Positions 8,941 to 17,792 of a stretch of DNA of 32,000 nt are shown piece after piece (the stretch's first letter is position 1; each line of letters starts with the position of its first letter). The notes beneath the pieces are model-generated. The model saw only the letters and a program-made list of their open reading frames with translations. It was not told the origin of the DNA and searched no databases. The DNA is from Desulfotalea psychrophila LSv54. GTDB lineage: Bacteria > Desulfobacterota > Desulfobulbia > Desulfobulbales > Desulfocapsaceae. A program made the translations under genes and the position numbers. The stretch spans positions 1,470,001 through 1,502,000 of the forward strand of contig NC_006138.1 of the NCBI RefSeq assembly GCF_000025945.1. The letters run 5' to 3'.

Positions 8941-9918
8941 ATGTCTATTACTTTAAGACAATTAGAGATATTTATTGCAGTTGCAGAAACAGCACAGGTT
9001 ACTAAGGCAAGTAAAAAACTTTTTGTAACCCAGTCTGCTGTGAGTATGGCCCTTGCTGAGCTGGAAAACCAGTTGGGTGGGTCTCTCTTTGATCGTCATG
9101 GCCGGAGTTTGCTCTTGAATGCTCGTGGCCGTTACCTTCTGCCTTTAGCAAAAGAGATATCCGGGCAGATTTCGAATATTGAAGTCATCATGTCAGAGAA
9201 GAACGATACTCTTGAAGGGCATATTGAGGTAGTTGCCAGTACGACCTTGGGTAATTATATCCTGCCCTATCTTATAGGGGCCTTTAAGCGGGTGCATCCT
9301 AAGGTGCAGGTGAATATGTTGGTCTATAATACTCGTCAGGCAAAGGAGTTGGTGCGTGCGGGGAAGATGGACGTGGGCTATGTGGAAGGACCTGTTCAGG
9401 CAACGGAAGATTTACATGTGCGTCCATGGTTTGAGGATGAGCTTGTTGTTCTCTGTGGGCCGAATGATCCGTTGGCTAACAACACTGCCTTTGATGTTGA
9501 TACCGATCTTGCTGGAGCTAAATGGATTGTGCGTGAACCGGGTTCCGGTACTGCCGCCTATTTTGAGAAAAAGATGGGCAAGCACTTTGAGAATGTTTCA
9601 GTGGTAATGGAGCTGGGTCATCCCGAGGCGATCAAACGTGCCGTTGAATCCGGTGTGGGGATTTCCTGTCTCTCAGCTCTCTGTATCTGCCGTGAAAAAG
9701 AAAACGGTTGGTTAAAGAGTCTGAAGATTGAGGGGGTTGATATGAAGCGACAGCTTCGAGTTGTTCAACGAAAGGATGTTGTAATGACCGATGCGCTTGC
9801 TGAGTTTATCTCTTTTTGCGATGTGATGTCTTCCTGTAGTGAATCCCGGATTTGCCTCTCCTCTCCGTGGAAACTTCAATCCCTTCTGGCAAAGCACTCT
9901 AGCCAGAAAGGAAAATGA
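8941..9918 (+). CDS. LysR-family transcriptional regulator
   Basis: The N-terminal LRQLEIFIAVAETAQVTKASKKLFVTQSAVSMALAELENQLG is a canonical LysR wHTH, followed by a ~200-aa substrate-binding domain. The ORF track begins at GTG 8929; I prefer ATG 8941 (MSITLRQLE). Confidence 0.9.
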   Translation: MSITLRQLEIFIAVAETAQVTKASKKLFVTQSAVSMALAELENQLGGSLFDRHGRSLLLNARGRYLLPLAKEISGQISNIEVIMSEKNDTLEGHIEVVASTTLGNYILPYLIGAFKRVHPKVQVNMLVYNTRQAKELVRAGKMDVGYVEGPVQATEDLHVRPWFEDELVVLCGPNDPLANNTAFDVDTDLAGAKWIVREPGSGTAAYFEKKMGKHFENVSVVMELGHPEAIKRAVESGVGISCLSALCICREKENGWLKSLKIEGVDMKRQLRVVQRKDVVMTDALAEFISFCDVMSSCSESRICLSSPWKLQSLLAKHSSQKGK

Positions 9919-9919
9919 T

Positions 9920-10675
9920 TTAGTAGAAAACCTGGAACAGCTTAAGACCGTGTGCAGGGGCCGTAGGGCCTGCTGCATTACGGTCTTTTTCTTTGAGTGC
10001 CTGTTCAAACCATTCAACACTCTCTTTACCCCGCCCCACCTCCAGGATTGATCCCACTATATTTCGTACCATATTTCTTAGAAAACCGTCGCCGATAAAG
10101 ACAAAATGCCAGGAGTCCTCTTCGAACTGTTCGTAACGTGCCTCTAGGATGGTGCGGACAGCACCCTTGCCACCGGTACGTGTTTTATCTCTGGATCCTG
10201 TATTTTCAAAAGAGGAGAAATCATGGGTACCGATAATTATCTGCAGACATTTTTGCATTGCCTCCTGATCAATTGGTTTTTCCTGATGGAGCATATACAA
10301 TCTCTTCTGGGGCGGGATTACTCCGCCGGTGAAAAGCCTGTAGTGATACTCCTTACCGGTGGCGGCAAAGCGGGCATGGAAATCGTCGGCCATTTCTCTT
10401 ACCTGAAGAATACGGATTGCACCTGGGAGCATTCTATTGAGTGCCCGTTGGAAATCATTACAGGTCAGTCTGGTATCGGTATGAAAATGTGCCGTCATTC
10501 CATCGGCATGGACCCCGGCATCTGTTCTGCCTGCCCCATGGAGGGAGATCTCTTTTACCGAGAGTCTTTTGAGGCGTGCTTCTATTTCACCCTGAATTGT
10601 GTTGGCGTGGTGCTGTTTTTGCCAGCCGGAATAATCGGTGCCGTCAAAGGCTATAAGTAGACAAATATTACGCAT
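9920..10675 (-). CDS. truA: tRNA pseudouridine(38-40) synthase
   Basis: 251 aa. MRNICLLIAFDGTDYSGWQKQ and HGAGRTDAGVHA (catalytic Asp) are TruA signatures. Confidence 0.93.
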   Translation of the reverse strand: MRNICLLIAFDGTDYSGWQKQHHANTIQGEIEARLKRLSVKEISLHGAGRTDAGVHADGMTAHFHTDTRLTCNDFQRALNRMLPGAIRILQVREMADDFHARFAATGKEYHYRLFTGGVIPPQKRLYMLHQEKPIDQEAMQKCLQIIIGTHDFSSFENTGSRDKTRTGGKGAVRTILEARYEQFEEDSWHFVFIGDGFLRNMVRNIVGSILEVGRGKESVEWFEQALKEKDRNAAGPTAPAHGLKLFQVFY

Positions 10676-10759
10676 GATATTTTGTGCTGTCTCCCTGCAG
10701 ACCTTCTCTTGCAGAGGAGGCGCTACAGGGATGGAATTTGGGTAAAGAGGTATGCTCTG

Positions 10760-11800
10760 TTATGGAAAGAGGGGTACGATTTCAAGGCCTTCTTGTTCCG
10801 CAAAGCCGCACATGATATTCATGTTTTGTACAGCCTGTCCTGCTGCTCCCTTGACCACATTATCAATGGCAGACATAACAATAATACGTCCAGTGGTTTG
10901 ATCGATGGCAAAACCTATGTCGCAGTAGTTTGAACCTCGCACATATTGGGTGGCGGGGGCACTGCCCAGTGGTAGCACTCGAACAAAGGGCTCATCTTTA
11001 TACATCTCTTCATAGAGTGCCTGTACCTCGTCTGCCTCTATCTCGCAATTGAGATCGGCGTAGATAGTACTGAGAATTCCACGGGAAATGGGTAATAGAT
11101 GAGGAGTAAAGGTTATATTGAAGTCCGTATTTGCAAGTTTTCCCAGCTCCTGCTCAATTTCCGGGGTATGACGGTGTTTTCTTCCCACTCCATATGCCTT
11201 GAAGCCATCGTTTACCTCACAGAAAAGCGATCCCACCTTTGCCCCGCGACCAGCACCGGTGGTGCCGGATTTGGAATCGGCAATAATAGATTGAGGTTTA
11301 ATAATTCCGGCTCGAAGCAGGGGGGCCATGCCCAGTATGATTGAGGTAGGATAGCAACCTGGATTGGCAAGGAGTTGTGTCTTTGCAATCTGCTCTCGGT
11401 AGAGTTCAGGGAGGCCGTAGACCGCCTGGCTTAGAAATTCCTTGGCAGAATGTTCCTGGTACCACTCCTCATAGACAGCCGCACTGTTGAGTCTGAAATC
11501 GGCAGAGAGGTCGATAACCTTTTTGCCCGCTGCCAATAACTGCGGAACGATGTTCATGGCCGTTTTATGGGGAACAGCGGCAAAGAAAAGATCTGCCCTC
11601 AGGCACAGCTCTTCAATGGTGAGATTTTCACAGATCAGTGATGTTCTGCCCCGTAGATTGGGGAAGACTTCAGAGAGGGCAACCCCAGCATATTGGCGGG
11701 AAGTTACTGCCGTAATTTCAACCTGAGGATGATTACAGAGAAGACGAGAGAGCTCTACGCCGGTGTAGCCGGAGGCTCCAATAATTGCTATTTTTATCAT
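10760..11800 (-). CDS. argC: N-acetyl-gamma-glutamyl-phosphate reductase
   Basis: 346 aa. [21 protein letters not shown] Rossmann N-terminus, NPGCYPTS active-site Cys region and a [16 protein letters not shown]-like C-terminus. Confidence 0.93.
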   Translation of the reverse strand: MIKIAIIGASGYTGVELSRLLCNHPQVEITAVTSRQYAGVALSEVFPNLRGRTSLICENLTIEELCLRADLFFAAVPHKTAMNIVPQLLAAGKKVIDLSADFRLNSAAVYEEWYQEHSAKEFLSQAVYGLPELYREQIAKTQLLANPGCYPTSIILGMAPLLRAGIIKPQSIIADSKSGTTGAGRGAKVGSLFCEVNDGFKAYGVGRKHRHTPEIEQELGKLANTDFNITFTPHLLPISRGILSTIYADLNCEIEADEVQALYEEMYKDEPFVRVLPLGSAPATQYVRGSNYCDIGFAIDQTTGRIIVMSAIDNVVKGAAGQAVQNMNIMCGFAEQEGLEIVPLFP

Positions 11801-11920
11801 AATCAGACCTTATAATAAAGGAGTAAAAAGAGTGACACTCGCCCATGACCTATGTTTGTGAGGCTGGGGGCTCCAGTTGCGGACCTCGGCGGAGCGTTTA
11901 CAGGGCAATATCGCAGACAT

Positions 11921-11956
11921 AAAAAAAGGGGAATAACAGTATAACTGTTATTCCCC
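11921..11956 (-). terminator. Rho-independent terminator downstream of rpsI
   Basis: Perfect 13-bp stem GGGGAATAACAGT / ACTGTTATTCCCC with an ATA loop (11928-11956). On the minus strand it is followed by T7 (A-run 11921-11927). Confidence 0.8.
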
Positions 11957-12028
11957 TTTAATACCTCTAACCTATCGTTTATAAAAAAACATAACGATAA
12001 ATAGACGTAAAGTACAAGCAGATGTCTC

Positions 12029-12421
12029 TTAGCGCTTTGAGAATTGAAACTTAGCGCGGGCACCTTTTTGTCCGTATTTCTTACGCTCTTTAACACGTTG
12101 GTCACGACGAAGCAGACCAGCTTGTTTAAGAGGAGTACGATTCTCAGGATCTGTCTCGAGAAGAGCACGAGAAATTCCGTGAGCAAGAGCATCAACCTGA
12201 GCAGACTTACCACCACCCTTAAGGGTAGCTATAACGTCATATTTCTCAAAAGTATCAGTTGTTTTGAAAGGCTTTTCAATGAGATGCTCTTTGAAAATTT
12301 TTCCAAAATACTCAGTTGTTGCCATTTTGTTTACGATTACTTTTCCGGTACCAGGAGTAAGCCATACACGAGCGATAGCATTCTTTCTTTTACCAGTAGC
12401 GTAAAAACGATCTTGAACCAT
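12029..12421 (-). CDS. rpsI: 30S ribosomal protein S9
   Basis: 130 aa. YATGKRKNAIARVWL and the C-terminal RRDQRVKERKKYGQKGARAKFQFSKR are S9 signatures. Confidence 0.97.
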   Translation of the reverse strand: MVQDRFYATGKRKNAIARVWLTPGTGKVIVNKMATTEYFGKIFKEHLIEKPFKTTDTFEKYDVIATLKGGGKSAQVDALAHGISRALLETDPENRTPLKQAGLLRRDQRVKERKKYGQKGARAKFQFSKR

Positions 12422-12437
12422 GTTTTTATCTCCAGAA

Positions 12438-12866
12438 TTAAATGTCTAAAACAGTAGGTTGCTGAGCTGCATGTGGATGAGCTGCTCCAACATACACCTT
12501 GAGCTTCTTAAGTTGTGCTCTGCCCATTTTGTTCTTAGGGAGCATGCCTCGAACTGCCTTAGTGATAAGGTCGGTTGGATGTTTTTCAAGAAGTTCTTTA
12601 GCACTGGTTTCTTTAATGCCACCAATATATCCAGTATGACGATAATATGTCTTGTCGTCCCACTTCTTACCGGTAAGCGCGATTTTCTCAGCATTTGTCA
12701 CTACAATGAAATCACCGTTATCAATAAATGATGAAAATGTAGGTTTATGCTTACCGCGAAGTCGAGAAGCGATCTCAGAGGCCAAGCGTCCCAGTACCTT
12801 GTTCTCTGCATCGACAACATACCACTCTTTCTCGATCTCGTTGACTGGAGCAAGATAGGTTTTCAT
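12438..12866 (-). CDS. rplM: 50S ribosomal protein L13
   Basis: [44 protein letters not shown] is canonical L13. The start is placed at ATG 12866 with SD GAGGG. The 38-codon N-terminal extension in the ORF track reads through a terminator and the tRNA-Gly gene, so it is spurious. Confidence 0.95.
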   Translation of the reverse strand: MKTYLAPVNEIEKEWYVVDAENKVLGRLASEIASRLRGKHKPTFSSFIDNGDFIVVTNAEKIALTGKKWDDKTYYRHTGYIGGIKETSAKELLEKHPTDLITKAVRGMLPKNKMGRAQLKKLKVYVGAAHPHAAQQPTVLDI

Positions 12867-12894
12867 TGTGTCCCTCAAATATCTATCAGTTAAT

Positions 12895-12926
12895 AAAAAA
12901 AAAGGCTCGAACGTGTCGAACCTTTT
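12895..12926 (-). terminator. Rho-independent terminator between tRNA-Gly and rplM
   Basis: The minus strand reads AAAAGGTTCGA-CACGT-TCGAGCC followed by T9. The core stem is 7 bp (one G-U pair) and is extendable by A-U pairs. Confidence 0.6.
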
Positions 12927-12935
12927 ATCGTATAT

Positions 12936-13010
<75 letters not shown>

Positions 13011-13051
13011 TCGTATGCGTTTTGTTTTTGACTGTCATTAAGACAGCGACA

Positions 13052-13080
13052 TATATACAGACTTGGAGGTAGCTCGTCAA
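13052..13080 (-). promoter_or_regulatory. Candidate sigma70 promoter for tRNA-Gly (and possibly read-through into rplM-rpsI)
   Basis: The minus strand has TTGACG (13080-13075), a 17-nt spacer, then TATATA (13057-13052). This sits about 41 nt upstream of the mature tRNA 5' end. Confidence 0.45.
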
Positions 13081-13301
13081 CAAAAAAAGTGTGTTGATCG
13101 CTTTTTTTGTTTTGCTACACCCTCATCATTACGACAAAAAAGGTTAAATTTTGCGGCAACAAGACATGATACAGTTTTGTGGTTGAAAATGCAACGATAT
13201 TATTCTACCCTTTTTAAGACGTCTATTTTATATAGTTTATTCGTCTATGTTAAGATGTTTGTTGAAAAGCTTCCTTTAAATTTAATGGGTCAGGTGTTGC
13301 T

Positions 13302-13901
13302 ATGGTTGTAATTGAAAAAAACAGAAAATCGGCAATAAGCAGGAAAACGACAGAGACAGATATCCAACTGGAGTTGAATCTTGATGGGGCCGGTCAGCAT
13401 CTTATTGACACTGGCGTACCTTTTTTAAATCATATGCTGACCCTGTTTAGTGTGCATGGTTTTTTAGACCTCTCTCTTCGGGCAGAAGGTGATATTGATA
13501 TCGATGATCATCATACCACCGAGGACATTGGTATTGTTTTGGGACAGGCCATTGCTCAGGCTCTTGGTAATAAGGGTGGAATTAGTCGTTATGCTTCGGT
13601 CTACCTGCCCATGGATGAGGCCCTGGTCCGAATTGTAATAGATCTGTCCAATAGACCGTATTTGCATTATAATGCACCTGTTATAGAACAGAAGCTTGGC
13701 ACCTTTGATTCTTGTCTGGTTAAGGAGTTTTTCCGAGCAGTATCGCAACAGGCGGGGATGACCCTGCATATAGATATGATTCATGGTGAAAATGGCCATC
13801 ATATTGTTGAGGCGATATTTAAGGGATTTGGTCGGGCCCTCTCTTTGGCAATAGAGCCTCTTGGTACCGATGGTGCCCTCTCTTCAAAGGGATGTCTGTA
13901 G
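13302..13901 (+). CDS. hisB: Imidazoleglycerol-phosphate dehydratase
   Basis: 199 aa. RKTTETDIQLELNLDG, GVPFLNHML and DIDDHHTTEDIGIVLGQA are IGPD signatures. Confidence 0.95.
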   Translation: MVVIEKNRKSAISRKTTETDIQLELNLDGAGQHLIDTGVPFLNHMLTLFSVHGFLDLSLRAEGDIDIDDHHTTEDIGIVLGQAIAQALGNKGGISRYASVYLPMDEALVRIVIDLSNRPYLHYNAPVIEQKLGTFDSCLVKEFFRAVSQQAGMTLHIDMIHGENGHHIVEAIFKGFGRALSLAIEPLGTDGALSSKGCL

Positions 13902-13941
13902 GAAGGTAAAAATATTTATTATCCATTATAAGGAGACTCTT

Positions 13942-14562
13942 TTGAAAACACTACTGCACGCTATACTCATCTTCACGCTGATCCTGCTTGCCTCATGCTC
14001 GTCTAAAGCGCCGACCATGACCGAGGAGCAGAAACAGGAGGCCGCCCAATCGGTAGCAAGTATTGCTGTTTTGTCAACGACGGTCTATTTAAGTGATGTC
14101 AGTCCCGAGAAGAAAAAGGAGCTCACTGCAGGAGCGGTCTTTGTGGATACGCGAATACAAGAGGAACTCACTGGCAACGCAAAGGTTCAATTTGTGGGAG
14201 ATCGTCAGCAGTATAAAGAGTTTCCAGAGGTGGATGGGGGTCTTAAGGAAACTGCTTTGTCCATAGGTAAGAGCTTTGGCTGTGATGCTGTTCTTGTTCC
14301 AACCCTTGAGCGTTTTGTTGAGCGTGTTGGTAGTAATATGTCTGTGACATCGCCTGCTTCGGCCAGATTTTCCCTTGTTCTTTTAGACACCCAAACGGGG
14401 CAGACCATATGGACCAGACAGTTTAAAGAGACTCAGCAGTCTTTTATGAGTAATATACTGGCCTTTGGCAAGATGCAGGAGCGTGGCCTGAAGTGGATTA
14501 CCGTGGAACAGATGGTAGGTCAGGCAATTAAGGAGCAACTTGCAGATTGCCCCTACCTGTAA
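13942..14562 (+). CDS. Putative lipoprotein, function unknown
   Basis: The ORF-track start at 13861 lies inside hisB. TTG 13942 is preceded by AAGGAG (13930-13935) at a 6-nt spacing and gives MKTLLHAILIFTLILLASCSSK, a signal peptide with an L-A-S-C lipobox. Confidence 0.65.
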   Translation: MKTLLHAILIFTLILLASCSSKAPTMTEEQKQEAAQSVASIAVLSTTVYLSDVSPEKKKELTAGAVFVDTRIQEELTGNAKVQFVGDRQQYKEFPEVDGGLKETALSIGKSFGCDAVLVPTLERFVERVGSNMSVTSPASARFSLVLLDTQTGQTIWTRQFKETQQSFMSNILAFGKMQERGLKWITVEQMVGQAIKEQLADCPYL

Positions 14563-14592
14563 TTAGCTAAGCTGTGGAAGTTATTTGTTTTT

Positions 14593-14620
14593 GCCCTGTA
14601 GCCTTTGCTACGGGGCTTTC
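14593..14620 (+). terminator. Weak candidate terminator after the lipoprotein gene
   Basis: GCCCTGTAG-CCTTTG-CTACGGGGC forms a 9-bp stem with one G-U pair, followed only by TTTC. Confidence 0.3.
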
Positions 14621-14633
14621 TGCATTCTAGGGA

Positions 14634-15368
14634 ATGATTATGGCGAAAAAAGAAATTTTACCGGCAAAATATAATAAGCTCCTTGGCAAGGCGATGCATG
14701 ATTATGCCATGCTTGAGGATGGTGATAGGGTATTGGTGGGTCTGTCCGGTGGTGTTGACAGTATGGTCCTTGCCTGGATTTTGCATTTTTGGCAAAAGAA
14801 GGCACCCATCAGCTACCAGATAGAGACTATTACCGTTGACAATGGCTATTGGCGATCAAGCAAGGGGGCTACCGATCCCCAACTCTCTATTGGACCCCAG
14901 ATGGAGAAATTTGGCATTACCCATCGGGTGGTAGATGCCTGGGCCCTGGCTCGGGAGGAGATGACCTGCTATCTTTGTGCCCGTAATCGTCGAAATCAAC
15001 TATTTGATATTGCCCGTGCTGAAGGCTTTAATAAGATCGCTCTCGGTCATCATAAGGATGATCTGTTGGAGACCTTTATGCTCAACTGTCTTTACAGCGG
15101 TAACATTTCAACCATGGTGCCTCATCAGAAACTCTTTGCCGGAAGACTGGGAATAATCAGGCCCATGGCCTATCTGGAAAAAGAGCATGTACAGGAACTT
15201 GCCGGTCTTGCAGGCCTTTTACCCGTGAAAAATTACTGTCCGCTTTCGGATCACACCCGCCGGGAAAAGGTCCGTAAGATCCTTGCACATATTTATGAAA
15301 TTGAGCCAGATGCTAAAAAGTCGATGTTTGCGGCCCTGGGCAACGTCCGGGGTGACTATCTATTGTAA
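14634..15368 (+). CDS. ttcA: PP-loop ATPase, tRNA 2-thiocytidine synthetase TtcA-like
   Basis: VLVGLSGGVDSMVLAWIL (SGGxDS PP-loop), the CYLCARNRR CxxC motif, and HHKDDLLETF. The second ATG at 14640 has better SD spacing (AGGGA at 14629-14633). Confidence 0.75.
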   Translation: MIMAKKEILPAKYNKLLGKAMHDYAMLEDGDRVLVGLSGGVDSMVLAWILHFWQKKAPISYQIETITVDNGYWRSSKGATDPQLSIGPQMEKFGITHRVVDAWALAREEMTCYLCARNRRNQLFDIARAEGFNKIALGHHKDDLLETFMLNCLYSGNISTMVPHQKLFAGRLGIIRPMAYLEKEHVQELAGLAGLLPVKNYCPLSDHTRREKVRKILAHIYEIEPDAKKSMFAALGNVRGDYLL

Positions 15369-15633
15369 GATGGGGCTACGGTGGCAAAAAGGTCCCCCCT
15401 CTGTATAAAAAACTCCTTGCGTGGCGGAGAGAACTGATTATAACATGGCCTATTTTACCATTGGAGCGTGGCTTGAGAGGCTTTTCTCTTATCGCCGGCT
15501 GTTTTGTAGATTAATTAAAATGAAATGGCGGTTACGCCTTTAACAGTTATCTTATAGTTTGTCTTATTTACGAGATAATTTCTGTTGAGCCCTGGGCTTA
15601 GCTCTATTTTATAGAAAACATAACGGGAATATT

Positions 15634-16983
15634 ATGAGACAACGTATAACAGAGTTGCTTGTGGCAAAGGCAGAAGAGCAGGTGGTAACTGTAGCAGGCT
15701 GGATTCGCACCCGACGAGATACCGGAGATTTTTCCTTTCTTGAGGTGAATGATGGTTCCACCCTGATAAATATGCAGGTTATTGCCGACAAGAGCCTTGG
15801 CAATTATGAGGAAGAGGTAAAAAAACTGAGCACCGGATGTTCCGTGATGGTTGAAGGGGTTCTGAAAGAGTCTCCGGCAAAGGGGCAAAGTGTTGAGGTA
15901 CACGCCTCTTCGGTGACCGTTGTTGGTTGGGCAGATCCAGAGACCTATCCTCTGCAGAAAAAACGACATTCCCTGGAGTTTTTGCGTGAGATAAGCCATC
16001 TACGTCCACGTACCAATGCCATTAGTGCCGTTGCCCGGGTGCGTTCACGGCTCTCCTATGCGGTGCATAATTTCTTTCAGGAGAAGGGCTTTACCCAGGT
16101 TCATACTCCTATTATTACCACCAGTGACTGTGAGGGGGCGGGAGAGATGTTTCAGGTAGCTGCCACCGGTAAGGATGGCCATTTCTTTGGCGCTCCGGCT
16201 GGACTTACCGTAAGTGGTCAGTTGCAGGCTGAGGTTTACGCCACCGCCCTGGGTGATGTCTATACCTTCGGCCCCACCTTTCGTGCAGAAAACTCTAACA
16301 CCAGTCGTCACCTTGCAGAGTTCTGGATGATTGAACCCGAGATGGCCTTTTGTGATCTGCAGGGGGATATGGAGGTGGCAGAGGAGATGTTGAAGTATGT
16401 GCTGGCAGATGTGCTGGAGCACTGTGTAACGGATATGAACCTCTTTGATAAGTTTATCTCCAAGGGGATCATTGAACGTCTCCAGTCTGTTCTGGCGCAT
16501 GATTTTGCCCGTGTGACCTATACCGAGGCTGTGGATCAGCTTCTTGCCTCGGGACAGAAATTTGATTTTGCCGTGAAATGGGGGATTGATCTTCAGTCTG
16601 AGCATGAGCGTTATCTGACCGAACAGGTATACAAGAGGCCCCTGATTGTAACGGATTATCCTGCTGCCATTAAACCGTTTTATATGCGTATGAATGAGGA
16701 TGGCAAGACCGTTGCTGCCATGGATATTCTGGTGCCGGGTATTGGTGAGTTGGTGGGTGGTAGTCAGCGTGAAGAACGCTACGATCTGCTCGCTGAGCGG
16801 ATGGAGGCAGCAGGTCTTGATCTGGAAGAATATGGGTGGTATTTGGATCTTCGTAAGTATGGTACAGTGCCCCACGCGGGTTTTGGCCTCGGTTTTGAGA
16901 GACTGGTTCAGTTTGTCACAGGCATGGCTAATATCCGCGAGGTAATACCCTTTCCGCGCACCCCGGGTTTTGCCCCCTGCTAG
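15634..16983 (+). CDS. asnS: Asparagine--tRNA ligase
   Basis: 449 aa. N-terminal OB fold ([25 protein letters not shown]), class II motifs ([37 protein letters not shown]). Length and sequence are typical of bacterial AsnRS rather than AspRS. Confidence 0.9.
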   Translation: MRQRITELLVAKAEEQVVTVAGWIRTRRDTGDFSFLEVNDGSTLINMQVIADKSLGNYEEEVKKLSTGCSVMVEGVLKESPAKGQSVEVHASSVTVVGWADPETYPLQKKRHSLEFLREISHLRPRTNAISAVARVRSRLSYAVHNFFQEKGFTQVHTPIITTSDCEGAGEMFQVAATGKDGHFFGAPAGLTVSGQLQAEVYATALGDVYTFGPTFRAENSNTSRHLAEFWMIEPEMAFCDLQGDMEVAEEMLKYVLADVLEHCVTDMNLFDKFISKGIIERLQSVLAHDFARVTYTEAVDQLLASGQKFDFAVKWGIDLQSEHERYLTEQVYKRPLIVTDYPAAIKPFYMRMNEDGKTVAAMDILVPGIGELVGGSQREERYDLLAERMEAAGLDLEEYGWYLDLRKYGTVPHAGFGLGFERLVQFVTGMANIREVIPFPRTPGFAPC

Positions 16984-17108
16984 AGAGGCCTTTTTTGCGA
17001 GATTCCGCCCCATGGCGTGGCTGGGGCGGTAGTAGCTGATAGAGAATAAGAATGCGGGCACAATCTTGCAGTCTATTTCTAGAAATGAAATGTAGAGAGG
17101 AGTTTGTT

Positions 17109-17792
17109 TTGAGCAAGGGCCCAGGTGTAGAGAAGATGTTTGATGCTATTGCCGGACGTTATGACCTGATGAATAAGGTGATGACCATGGGCCAGGATCA
17201 GCGTTGGCGTAGGTTTGTTGTGGCCAAAGCAGGAGACCCGGGTGCAGGGCAGGTTCTGGATCTTGCCACGGGCACCGGTGATATTGCCGCATTGATGCAC
17301 AGGTCCTATCCAAGGGCCCAGGTAACAGGCGGAGATTTTTCCCGGAATATGCTCGAGGAGGCGAAGAAGAGGTTTGCGGGCCAGGGCATTGATTGGCAGG
17401 TCTGTGATGCCAATAAGCTTCCCTTTGCAGACAATACCTTTGAGGCCGTAACCTTTGGTTATTTGCTGAGAAATGTTGATGATGCCTCTTCGGTTCTGGC
17501 CGAAGTGTACCGCGTGTTGAAACCGGGTGGGCGTTGTGTCTGTCTTGATACCACACCCCCTGCTAAGAATATTATTTACCCCTTTGTTCAGTTTTACTTC
17601 CGTTACGGAATCCCTCTATTGGGCCGGATGATAGCCGCCGATGAGGCAGCTTATGCCTATTTGAGTGGCTCGACGATGGAATTTCATTCTGCTGAGGTGC
17701 TTGCCGATCTTTTTCGTGGGGCCGGTTTTGTTGATGTCCATTATAAGAAATTTATGCTGGGAACGATCGGAATCCATTGGGGAGTGAAATAA
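17109..17792 (+). CDS. ubiE: Demethylmenaquinone / ubiquinone C-methyltransferase (UbiE/MenG family)
   Basis: MFDAIAGRYDLMNKVMTMGQDQRWRR and the SAM motif VLDLATGTGD. I place the start at TTG 17109, with SD GAGAGGAG 6 nt upstream. The ORF track starts at 17052, and ATG 17085 is an alternative. Confidence 0.88.
   Translation: MSKGPGVEKMFDAIAGRYDLMNKVMTMGQDQRWRRFVVAKAGDPGAGQVLDLATGTGDIAALMHRSYPRAQVTGGDFSRNMLEEAKKRFAGQGIDWQVCDANKLPFADNTFEAVTFGYLLRNVDDASSVLAEVYRVLKPGGRCVCLDTTPPAKNIIYPFVQFYFRYGIPLLGRMIAADEAAYAYLSGSTMEFHSAEVLADLFRGAGFVDVHYKKFMLGTIGIHWGVK

Noticed and set aside
13861-13941. Upstream ATG start (13861) for the lipoprotein gene
   Set aside because: It would overlap hisB by 41 nt and would place 27 residues ahead of the signal peptide. 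TTG 13942 with an AAGGAG SD gives a canonical lipoprotein signal.
16045-17061. 338-aa minus-strand ORF antisense to asnS. Similar long antisense ORFs occur at 4568..5047 (nuoH), 23920..24582 (MOSC), 30760..31437 (recB) and 29313..29807 (recC).
   Set aside because: Each lies fully inside a well-supported gene on the opposite strand. Their peptides are low-complexity or Arg/His/Pro-rich and have no start context. They are shadow ORFs.
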